From positions 5,332,001 through 5,396,000 of the forward strand of contig OX597826.1 of NCBI GenBank assembly GCA_951406725.2: a stretch of 64,000 nt of DNA, written 5' to 3'. The stretch comes from Octopus vulgaris (taxonomy: Eukaryota). Made by a program: the position numbers and the translations under genes. Below, piece after piece: positions 28,656 to 40,000 of the stretch. The notes below the pieces were generated by a model that did not search any database, was not told the origin of the DNA, and worked only from the letters and a program-made list of their open reading frames with translations. The stretch's first letter is position 1. Each line of letters starts with the position of its first letter.

Positions 28656-28797
28656 CGAAGTCTTTCAGATTCCATCATCTATCAAGACTACTCACAATGA
28701 TTTGGTTAGCCGACGACATTTGTCTAAGGTGCCACGCAGTGGGACTGAATCCAGGACCATGTTGTTGATAAGGAAGCTTACCACGCAACAACGGCTC
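28385..28797 (-). mobile_element. SINE family B, degenerate
   Basis: TCTAAGGTGCCACGCAGTGGGACTGAATCCAGGACCATG at the head end and TTCAGTCATTAGACAGCGGCTATGCTGG at the tail end. Confidence 0.82.
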
Positions 28798-30242
28798 AAC
28801 ATTCAGAAGTAAACTGTCATCTCATTCCTCCACGGGATACCAACGATGGTGAAATTGTTGAGGCAAATCATGTCTAGAAAATAGCTGAGCATATAGTCCC
28901 GATGGACTTCCGGCTGAAAAACTTAAATGTAATTCACATAGCCTCAGCGACAAAGCTGGGTAATCTGATTATAAAATCATGCAAGCCTGTGGAAATTATG
29001 TTGAAAACTCGATTCTGTATGCAAAGGGTAAACATATTCCTTCAGACCATCATGGTATATTACTTCCAGTAATTCCATGGCTAGAAATATATAGTTCATG
29101 CGAGGTCGTAAACGTAGCAATAACTTATTTACAAAACCTTTTGGAAGTGTCAGAAGGTCCGGCTTACAGTAACTATTACAAACATAAAATTTTCCAATGA
29201 AGACCACATCCACCGAAAATAGGCAATGCACACGTCTAATATATTTACCGTAACAAATGTTGCTAAAAAGGTTTGTGTAGTATCACCTTGTCCATCTCGC
29301 AGACGTAAATGCAATGAACATGTCATTGTACTGGGCCATTGTCGTCCTGTAATCATCGATTATATTTTGTTGATAGTTTTGAGATTTGAGATGAACGAGA
29401 ATAGAAATCGCAAAGTCGGTTTCATTTACGTCTTAATGCTTGAAGATTAAAGCCCGATGAGATATTTTGCAACGCCAAGTAATGCGAGAAAATAGAGGTT
29501 TTGTATTCCATATATATAAAACCATCTGCTGCTATATTATATATGAAATGTAATATTAAAATAGCAAGCTAGAGAACTATTAAGTCTCAATGGATTAATT
29601 TAATTGAGTTAAAATCAATATCTTTGAGGGAAAAAAAATCCAATATTCAAAATTTCTAATCTACTGAAAGCGTTGAACTAAATTTTAAATCTAGTTGAAG
29701 CCATTATTTCCTGTTTGACAAAAGCGAAAATTTCATATTTAAAGAGAAATCTTAGATGTATTTTCATTTAGATTTTGCCTTGTTATCGGTAAATATACGT
29801 AAGCAAATTTCTCTTCTAATATATAGAGATTCGAAGAGATATGTAATTTAATAAGTATTAGCAGTCTGTGCAGACTTTCTGTTTCTTTTGTAGAACGCAC
29901 ACATTGATATAATGTTAATATTATACATATTGTAAACAATAATAACTATTAAGAGACACCCTGCTTTTACGGTTCCGGTCTGGAGAATATATATCCTTAT
30001 CTCTCAACAGCTAATTTGCATATCCGTTGTACGTTTCTACAGCCAAACCTATACGGCTACTTCGTCTTCGACACACCATTATACACCTAACATGTTAATG
30101 CTGTCAACACTAATAAACAGCACTTATTTTCGTAAGGATTTTTATTACTAACTCACTCCACATATGTATAAAAATTCGAGACAAGATTGATATTAAATTT
30201 TAGAATCATTATTCCTATAACCCTTATCGTTATATACACAGA

Positions 30243-30615
30243 CTAGCAGTATCGCCCGGCGTTGCTCGGGTTTGTAAGGGAAATAACTATAAAGCATTTT
30301 TAGAGAGCTATAGCCAAAAAATGGAAAAAAAATTATGGTAAATTTTTTTTGAGAGTTAAAACGGTCGAGTTGCGTCCCCTAGACAGTCTGTGGTTTGTGT
30401 TTCTGATTCTCGACCCCATGTCGAATTTATCGATTTTTTTCAGAACTGGGGGGACTTTTCAAAATTTTCTCTGCGTTACTTTTGAATTATGACATTGGGC
30501 TATGTGTGTGTCAAGTTTCATCAGAATCGGTTGAAAGCCGTGGTCAGGGTGAGGGTACAAGCTAACAGACACACAGAAACACACACAGACAAACTGCCGT
30601 TTATATATAGGGAGA
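30243..30615 (-). mobile_element. Non-autonomous Helitron (about 373 bp)
   Basis: Minus strand A|TCTCCCTATATATAAA...CCCGAGCAACGCCGGG (hairpin 30255-30270)..CTAG|T. This gives the 5'-TC, subterminal GC hairpin, 3'-CTAG and A|T target, with no TSD. Confidence 0.85.
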
Positions 30616-31413
30616 TTAACTAAACCAAGGGCGTTTAAGAATATGACATTTTTATCAATCGTTTTAGTTCATTCAGCAAATGAGACAATGCGTCTGTTAC
30701 GCCAATCTCTTTCCACCACTGATTTAAATGTATATTGTGCATATCTTGGTTTATTTAATAGGAGTGGATACATGTTAGCGATTAATGAAATAAATAGGTC
30801 AAAAATAATATATCAACCTTAATTCTGTGGAAATGAAAGGGCACGTCATATTGAAGATTCCTAGATACGGTATGATCAGTGAAACCAATAAAATCCTTAA
30901 CACAGAGATGAACATGAACGGTGCATTCCCCTACTAAAATGTTGTATAGTAAACAAAAGATGTTAGCTGTATTGCCAAAAGTATAGACACTACCAAGGCG
31001 AAATTATGATATTAAAATTTCACAGACAAAACTGATGCATTTTTATAATGATAGATCGAAAATCCTGGCGGAGATTTGAACCTACGGATCATCGATATAA
31101 CCACAAGAAAAGAGACAGATGTTGCAATTATTAAAAACATTTGCCAACCATAAGCAGGGCATTGTACGTTGGCGAAAATAGCCCTAAATACACGAGATCT
31201 GAAGATTGATGTCCGCAACAGTATAATTTATGATTGTATGTCTACTAGATTAGGTTTGATATAATTTAATGGCCAAGAGCTACCGAAATCAGTCTTCCTC
31301 GAATGACAACCGAACTTTAAGTAGACATCATGTGGTGTTACATAATATGATTCTGGGTTCTAACCACATTGGTGTCGTGAGAAATAGTAAAGTCTGGAAA
31401 GTGTTTTTATGAA

Positions 31414-31635
31414 ATTGTTGTATTTAGAAATGGTCATTTTGCCAGTTTAGCCAATAAAAACACACGCACTATATATTTGGTGTTACTTTGCTTCAGCGTT
31501 ATTTATTTTTTTACATTAATCTTAATCTTATTTCGGCCAGAGTTCTTTCGTCACACTCGTATGACCGCATCAGTGGTCCTTTGTTTTCTTCTTTCTTATT
31601 TGTGTGTCTCTCCTTACTAACCGTCTGCCATTTTT
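31414..31635 (-). mobile_element. Solo arm of the 59546-60315 Penelope-like fold-back family
   Basis: Near-identical to 59548-59765 (ATTGTTGTATTTAG.AATGGTCATTTTGCCAGTTTAGCCAATAAAAACACACGC...). Confidence 0.9.
31535..31579 (-). ncRNA. Minimal type I hammerhead-like motif (variant core)
   Basis: GGACCA CUGAUGCG GUCAU acgagu GUGAC GAAA GAAC UC UGGCC. Confidence 0.55.
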
Positions 31636-32299
31636 TTGAAATGTTTGTGTGAATCTGGTTTGACGACAGAAGCAACAAGAGCAGTAACAACAATGCCAGC
31701 AACAATACAAAAGTGTTGAATTGGTTTATAGTTATAAGCTGCAGGACACAAAATGTGAAGAAAGCCGTTAAATGTTTTGCTATAAAACTGTACGCGTAGA
31801 AATCATGCTACAAATGAAGAGAATGAATTCCCGTTTACGCTACGCAAACAAAGCATAATGGAATAGTTTAAGGAAGAAGAGATACTGCCAAATGTAGCAG
31901 CAACAGTTTCTCAGAAACATTTCAGAGAGAGATATCTTATCAATTCTCTTTTGTACAGGTACAATTTAAAGCCTGTAGTAAATACTAACACACACTCAGA
32001 CAACAGCATTTACTGTTTCTGAGTTTATACGATATATATTTTTTTTTTCACTGTGGAAACGATGTTAAAAATTTAAAGTACGTTCTAAAATTTTATTTCT
32101 TTCTTTAGATACGACATTCTCTAAATATATGTTTGTTATTTCATTTCTCTTCACTTAAGTGTTGCATCTTAAAAGATCTACAACTATCTATTATTCACGT
32201 TAAAGCACTTAATTCCAAATGATTCAGTTAAGAAATCGATCCAAATTTATTTCTACTGCTTCTGCTGTTGTTGTTGTCACTATTATTATTGACGTTTTC

Positions 32300-32301
32300 A
32301 A

Positions 32302-32391
<90 letters not shown>

Positions 32392-32399
32392 CATTATCA

Positions 32400-32493
<94 letters not shown>

Positions 32494-32528
32494 CATTATC
32501 ATTGTTATTATTATTATTATTATTATTA

Positions 32529-32579
<51 letters not shown>

Positions 32580-32584
32580 CATTA

Positions 32585-32629
<45 letters not shown>

Positions 32630-32695
32630 CATTATCCTTGTTATTATTATTATTATTATTAATATTATTATTATTATTATTATTATTATTGTTAT
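32300..32695. repeat. (ATT)n microsatellite, about 400 bp
   Basis: Direct reading of the sequence. Confidence 0.97.
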
Positions 32696-33172
32696 TGGTG
32701 TGTTTCTTTACTTAATGGTTAATGGTGTCGAGTTATGTGTTCAACAGCTTTTACTTAATGCCTGAGGCTAATCTGCTGACCCAAAAATGATGTTTTACCA
32801 GTACTTGTGTAGTTAAACTTTCCACTAGACATTATCCATCGATATAAATTTCACACATATAGACATATATATATATATATATTCACACTTGCACGTGCAC
32901 ACACACATACACACACGTAAGTGTGCAAATATACACGCACACACGTATGCGTACAAACACACACGTATATACATACAAATATTTATAAGTATATATTTAT
33001 ATATACATATTTATATACATATATATATATATACAGATATACAAACACACATACACTCACACACATATACATATACTATATATATATATATATATATGAG
33101 TGTGTGTATGTGCATTTGTGTGCGCGTGTAAGAGTATCAGTATATCAGTATATATATATGTATTTATATATG

Positions 33173-33241
<69 letters not shown>

Positions 33242-33291
33242 ATATGTATATACATATATATATATATACATATATATATATACTGATATAC

Positions 33292-33356
<65 letters not shown>

Positions 33357-33804
33357 ATTTGTGTGTCTACGTGTGTCTGTGCGCCTCTGAATTTTTTAGC
33401 ATGTCAGTCTGTATGTGTGGATATATACAAATCTAATCTTTACGTTTCTATTACGTCACCACTTACAAATGTATTGTAATGCGTTTAGTAACAAAATGTT
33501 TGTTATTTCAGTGTCATTTTTAACTGATAGGAATTTCCTTGAAATATTCCCCCCCATCTAATTGGCTTGTTGGGTGGTTCTCTCCTATTAAGTTTTATTT
33601 TTACAACACTCAATCATACTGTTAAAAATAAGACAGGATTATAGACACATTAATATAGACACGTACTAGCACTCAAATCTCTCCATCTCTCTTTCTGTCA
33701 CCCTCTCTCTCCCTCCATTCTCTCTCTCTCTTTGTATATATATGTGTGTGTGTGTATATAAACGCACGTGCATACAAACATACGTATATAGATACATATG
33801 CATT

Positions 33805-33842
<38 letters not shown>

Positions 33843-33982
33843 TATATATACATATATACATATATCGATGGGTGTGTGTATGTGTGTGTATATATATATA
33901 TATAGATAGATAGATATAGATGTATAAGATTCTCAACAGAGATTTATGCAGAGGCATAAGCATACATATAAAGAGAAATATG

Positions 33983-34046
<64 letters not shown>

Positions 34047-34272
34047 TATACCTAACGATATCTCACAGAAAGTAAAATGTTCACCCTTTACAATGCAAAT
34101 ATTTTGCACAGTAGGAGCTCATCTTATAATTACAGTTTATGTCATCATACGAGGTTTTGTTACAATACTAGTAAGTTTAAAACTCTTTAGATTTTATAGA
34201 TTAAATGTTATCTGCTTAATGGAATCTAATCTCCGGTTATTATTATCAAATTTTCGTATAAACCCCCCTGTA

Positions 34273-34317
<45 letters not shown>

Positions 34318-34675
34318 TTCTGCGAGTTTATTGCAGTAAATCTCTGCTGTAATGCACTGATTAGCTTCCAGGAATCTGTAATGGACAACACCAATTGCAG
34401 AGCACCAGACAGTTACCATAATCTTTTGATGATGCAAATTTGGCTTTGGGAAATATTTGGGAAACTCATCACGATGAAGCCATTGACCAGATCGTATACG
34501 GTTATCGTAAAGGATCCACTTTTCGTCACAAGTGACTATTCGCTATAGAAAAGGATCGTTGGCTTTTCGCAGAAACAACAACGACACAGTTTAAAACGCC
34601 AAATATGCATCACTCTGCATACTTTAGCTTCGTTATTATGGCAAGAGTCCGGACACGTATTGATCAGACCTCGTA
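34318..34675 (-). mobile_element. mariner relic: TIR piece plus catalytic-domain fragment
   Basis: Minus strand DPFL*RIVTCDEKWILYDN..QWL..PKPNLHHQKIMVTVWCSAIGVVHYRFL..ITAEIYC (first D of DD34D). TA|CGAGGTCTGATCAATACGTGTCCGGACT matches the TIR at 44024. Confidence 0.88.
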
Positions 34676-36147
34676 CATATGTGCATACACACACACACAC
34701 ACACACACACATACGCACACCCACATGTATGTATATGTGTATGTATGCTTATTTTATTTATCTTAGTACTCACGATTTAGTTATTGATATCTCTTATATT
34801 TAGTTATTTACATCATTTCATGTACAATATGAAAAAGTATCCTGAATCGTGCTGGTATGTGAATTTCTCGTTGAGCCCCATTTCTAATTAAGGAATTGTT
34901 TTAACAATACACATTATGTGCTCATCTTAATTAACTTATGCTTTTTTTATTATACATATCAGCGATAATTCATCGACAAGCGTTGTAAGCGATTTCAATT
35001 ATTTTATCTTTTATGTGTGAATTCAATAAGAAATTTACTATAAGTAAATGATTAATATTGACTGGTTTTCAGCGCATAAGCTATTTGTAAGAGTTTAAAT
35101 GCAGATCCCTCGACCGCTATGATGTCAGAAAACAAGTCATAACCTAGAGGCTAGATAACTCTCTTGGGAAAATAAAGAGGAAGTGAAACTATGCTTAAAA
35201 AAAAAAAGATAAGAAAGAGAAAGAAAATTTATGGTATTTCGTTCACATATGTTCCTTTTGTAGTTTTGATACGCATAAGGTTTTTGAGAGGAATCTCTCC
35301 GTATTGAATTCGATTTTTCACTTCTAATTGTGAACAATATAAGCAAATCTACTTAGAGGTTTTCTAATCATTATTTTAGAGACAGCAGCAAATTTCCCAC
35401 TTTGCTGAAAAGCTAAGGTAGTACAAAATGTATCCAGTATTGTCCCTGTAACTAATTCAATAATTAACACCAGGTGTACGCATGGAAATTTCACGCTTGT
35501 TCTGAAGACTATAAGATTGTAGGAGGTTTAGAGAAAACTATGTGACACATAATTGCTTTTGAAATTGTATTTTGCAAATGTGTCTGATTCTCGTAATTGT
35601 GTAAATCTAGAGAAATTGTACTGAATATGCAGTCTTAGAAAAACTCAGGTTTCTAAACTGCTTTCTTTGTGATACATTTATCACCTGTTTTAAATTTAGT
35701 GGTGTTACGTATCATTCTTTTATTTTGTCGCTACATCAAGGAATGAATGTATTCTAAAAAAAAGCTGCACACAATTGCATAACAATATAATGGTTTACGA
35801 AGAAATAAAGCAACTTTGGTGAATGTTTATTCTAGACAATTGAAAATGATAGAAGTATTAGAAATTCATCTCTCTCAAGAATAATAGATAAATTATCAAT
35901 TCTTTGTCGTCTGTTTTCGGGAGATGGCTTCCCTACATTTACATTAATATTTTTCTCGCTTAGATCCGATTCTCTCAGTTATTGCGCAATGCGTTTCAGG
36001 TCTTCATACCCTTACTTAATGTCTAAATTAGAGGATATCTTTAAATATAATCTTACCGTGTTTATTTTAAATTCCTTCTTCACTGTTTCACTTGGCGTTT
36101 TCATCGTGACTCTGTTAAAATTATCGAATATACTTTACGCAATCTTA

Positions 36148-36563
36148 TTTCTTTATTGCCCACAAGGGGCTAAACATTGAGGGGACAGACGAGGACTGAC
36201 AAAGGGATTAAGCCGATTACGTCGACCCCAGTATGTAACTGGTACTTAATTTATTGACCCCGACAGGATGAAAGGTAAAGTCCTCCTCGGCGGAAGTTGA
36301 ACTCAGAACGTAACGGCAGACGAAATACCTATTTCTTTACTACCCACAAGGGGCTAAACATAGAGGGGGCAAACAAGGACAGACAAACGGATTAAGTCGA
36401 TTACGTCGATCCCAGAGCGCAAATGGTACTTAACTTATCGACCCCTAAAGGATGAAAGGCAAAGTCGACCTCGGCGGAATTTGAACTCAGAACGTAACGG
36501 CAGACGAAATACCGCTAAGCATTCCGCCCGGGGTGCTGACGATTCTGCCAGCTGTCCACTTTT
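36148..36563 (-). mobile_element. SINE family A, dimeric form
   Basis: Two central domains and two tails. Perfect 17-bp TSD TACTTTACGCAATCTTA at 36131-36147 and 36564-36580. Confidence 0.93.
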
Positions 36564-36659
36564 TACTTTACGCAATCTTAATTAAACAACGAAATCAAAG
36601 CTATAATCTCTCTATATATATTTCTTATGATACGACAGTTTTGGTAAAGCTGGATCAAA

Positions 36660-37055
36660 TATTCCTTTAAAATTTTAGCTCAAGGTCAGAATTATCGGGG
36701 GAGAGTGTGAGTAGATTACACTGATCCCAGTGTTCAACTGGCACTTCTTTTATTGACACCGAAAAGATGCAAAGCAAAGTCTACATCTACAGAATTTGAG
36801 CTCTAACGGAATGCTGCTAAGTATTCACTCCAGGATTCTAACGATTCTGTCAGCTCACCCCCTCGTACTGTAGCAAATATTCCTTTCTACTATAGGCACC
36901 AGGTCTGAAATTTCGAGTGAGTGATAAGTCGATTTCATCGACTCCAGTACTCAGCTGGTATTTATTTCATCGACGTCCAAATGGAATGAAAGGCAAAGTC
37001 GAGCTCGGGGGAATTTGAACTCAGAACGGCATGCTAACGAGTCTGCCTGCTCGCA
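36660..37055 (-). mobile_element. Two degenerate SINE family A monomers in tandem
   Basis: GCAAAGTCTACATCTACAGAATTTGAGCTC..AACGATTCTGTCAGCTCACC and GAAAGGCAAAGTCGAGCTCGGGGGAATTTGAACTCAGAAC. Confidence 0.8.
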
Positions 37056-39159
37056 TCCTAGTGCTGCATTAAATATTAATACCTTGCATTACATCCTTCT
37101 TTTCCTATCAGAGTAAGATAAATATGACTGGACTTGAATCCAGAATATTCGCTATCTTATGTACATATTTTTGTATTCTGTAAAAATATATGTCGATATT
37201 GAGATATTCGTCGTTTAATAATGAGGATTGAATTGTTCGGTCAAATAAATTTGCTGTCCCTCATTTAAGTTGTAAATGACAGAGCATTTCACAGAAACGT
37301 GAACTCTTAATGTAGTTCTAAGTCTACATTGTAGCACAACGTGTAACAATGCTGTAACCACCGAAATGGATGTACAATCCACATAAACTTTTTATCGAGT
37401 TTGTTTAATCACATTCACTCACAAGATAGAAGAGGACAACACTCGTCCAAGATGCGACACGAATGAAGAGAACTTCTTAAACATTCAGTTATAGTATAAA
37501 TTCAATATAGATAATTTTTTATTAGTAAATTATTTTGCAAGTAATATAAATATTGTATGTATAATAAATTGTATTTGATTTGGTTTCATAGTTAAAGTGG
37601 AATTATATACACAGATAATTGTAGGAAAATGATATAGATAATATTATTTATTAACTTGTATTTTGTTTTTCGCCTATTACAATTTAATGCCATAGGCATT
37701 AAATATGGTGACATAAACCTTAGTATGTTTTTGTATGCATACTTGTGTCAATATATTTAGATGACCGCTGTTTTAAACAGAGGATGTGACATGTATATAA
37801 TTGATGATTATATCGTTAAGCTAATGTCCGGAGTTCAAGCGTGCTCCCATTAGTGTCGGTTGTAGAAGGAAGGCCTACACCGGTCTGATTTACTCACATG
37901 CAATGCGCGGAGATGCAATCTCCAAGTGGTGCCTCGATGACTTAATGGCTCAGGGGACACACTTTTTTAGACACTTAAAACCAGGAGATGAGAAAAAAAA
38001 AAAAGGAGTGGAAGAAAAATGATGTTACTAATAAAACATAGAGAGAATTGTGTGTCATACTGAGCAGGATAATGTATGGATATTATAGGAATGATTGATC
38101 GACAAGGAAAAATGCGAAAGCAAATACTTTTATAAATACGTATATACAATGAATGAGAAAAGACAATGTGTTACTAGAGAAAGAAGTAAAAGAATGAGAG
38201 GAAGAGAGAAACATATGTAAAGAAGAACATATAGAGAGATATATAGAGAAAGAACAAGAAACATGAGAGAGAAAGGAGGGAGAGCGGGAGACAAAATGTG
38301 AGTGAAAGAAGATCAATACAAATGGATACAAGGACAGTGAGAAAATATATGAGATTATGAGAACGAGGCTAAGATGTATGATCGAGGGAGAATAACAAAA
38401 GCTGATTGAATGAAAGTGATTGATTAAGGGTTAGTAAGTGTGAGAGTGGGCCATAGAAGAGAAGACTATTGTTAGAGAAACCGGAGAAATAATCCTGCGA
38501 GAACTTGAATGCTTGAGAGGGAGAATGAGATTTGAAACACAATTGCGAGTGAGAGAGGAAGAAGAGAAGGGAGAGAGAGGAAGAAGGGGAGGGTGAGAGA
38601 GGAAGAGGAGAAGAGAGAGACAGGTTTAGGGAGATGCAGATACAGAGTTAATGAGATACTGAGACGGAGAAAACAAAAAAGTGAGATTGACTTAATAAAT
38701 GAGAAAGTCATAGTGATAATTCTTGTAATTTTTGTTCATTATTGATTGATAATCTAATCAATGACAGAATAATTAGAAGAGCGAATTTCAGAACAACAAC
38801 AACAATAACAGCAACAACAACAACAGCCACTACATAAATAAATAAAAGTGACGAATGTATAATAAAAGCATTATTTTGAAGAAGGGTAGAGAATTAATTG
38901 GTATACAAATATTTTGTTTGTAGATTGACGCTATAAGACAATGTTTCTCATAGGAGAAGAACCTGTCAGGAAGAAAATGGAGCAGATAAATTGCCATGTT
39001 TAATACAATTAAGATGATTTTAAACTTTTAAAACTTGGCCAATGCCATGGCAAAGTAAGAAGACTTATGTATGCAAACTCTGTTTTCCTTTCTCATTAAT
39101 AAAGGAACAGAAGCGAAAGCCTTAGTATTGCAATGGCTGGAATTGGTACATGTCATATT

Positions 39160-39578
39160 AAGGCGGCGAGCTGGCAGAAACGTTAGCACGCCGGGCGAAA
39201 TGCGTAGCCGTGTTTCGTCTGCCGTTACATTCTGAGATCAAATTCCGCCGAAGTCGACTTTGCCTTTCATCCATTCGGGGTCGATTAAATAAGTACCAGT
39301 TACGCACTGGGGTCGATACAATCGATTTAGTCCGTTTGTCTGTCTTTGTTTGTCCCCTCTGTGTTTAGCCACTTGTAGGTAGTAAAGAAATAGGTATTTT
39401 GTCTGCCGTTACGTTCTGAGATCCAATTCCGCCGAGGTCGACTTTGCCTTCATCCTTTCGGGGTCGATAAATTAAGTACCAGTTACGCACTGGGGTCGAC
39501 GTAATCGACTTAATCCGTTTGTCTGTCCTTGTTTTCCCCCTCTATGTTTGGCCCCTTGTGGGTAATAAAGAAATAGGA
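39160..39578 (+). mobile_element. SINE family A, dimeric form
   Basis: Head AAGGCGGCGAGCTGGCAGAAACGTTAGCACGCCGGGCG with a duplicated body. TSD ACATGTCATATT at 39148-39159 and 39579-39590. Confidence 0.93.
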
Positions 39579-39705
39579 ACATGTCATATTGGGAACCACT
39601 TGCGAAATAAGAAAAGAAAAAGGAAGGAATCTTCTGGATAAACTTAGTATAGACCCATAATCAAAAGAGTTTGAGTTTAAGTTCGTGCAACGCTATGTGT
39701 ATATG

Positions 39706-39936
39706 TTTCTTTATTACCCACAAGGGGCTAAACACAGAGGAGACAAACAAGGACAGACCGACGGATTAAGTTGATTATATCGACCGCAGTGCGTAACTGG
39801 TACTTAATTTATCGACCCCGAAAGGATGAAAGGCAAAGTCGACCTCGGCGGAATTGGATCTCAGAACGTAACGGCAGACGAATTACTGCTAAGCAGTTCG
39901 TCCGGCGTACTAACGATTCTGCCAGCTCTCCGCCTT
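39706..39936 (-). mobile_element. SINE family A monomer
   Basis: Reverse complement of family A. Likely TSD AACGCT(A/G)TGTGT at 39689-39700 and 39939-39950. Confidence 0.92.
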
Positions 39937-40000
39937 TGAACGCTGTGTGTGTGCACGTTTGGAAACGTAGGCGTGGCTGTGTGGTAAGTAGCTTGCTTAC

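Noticed and set aside
28977-29450. Minus-strand peptide TTQTFLATFVTVNILDVCIAYFRWMWSSLENFMFVIVTVSRTF, vaguely like GPCR TM2/TM3
   Set aside because: Key residues (TM2 Asp, E/DRY) and spacing do not fit, and stops follow immediately. The resemblance is subjective.
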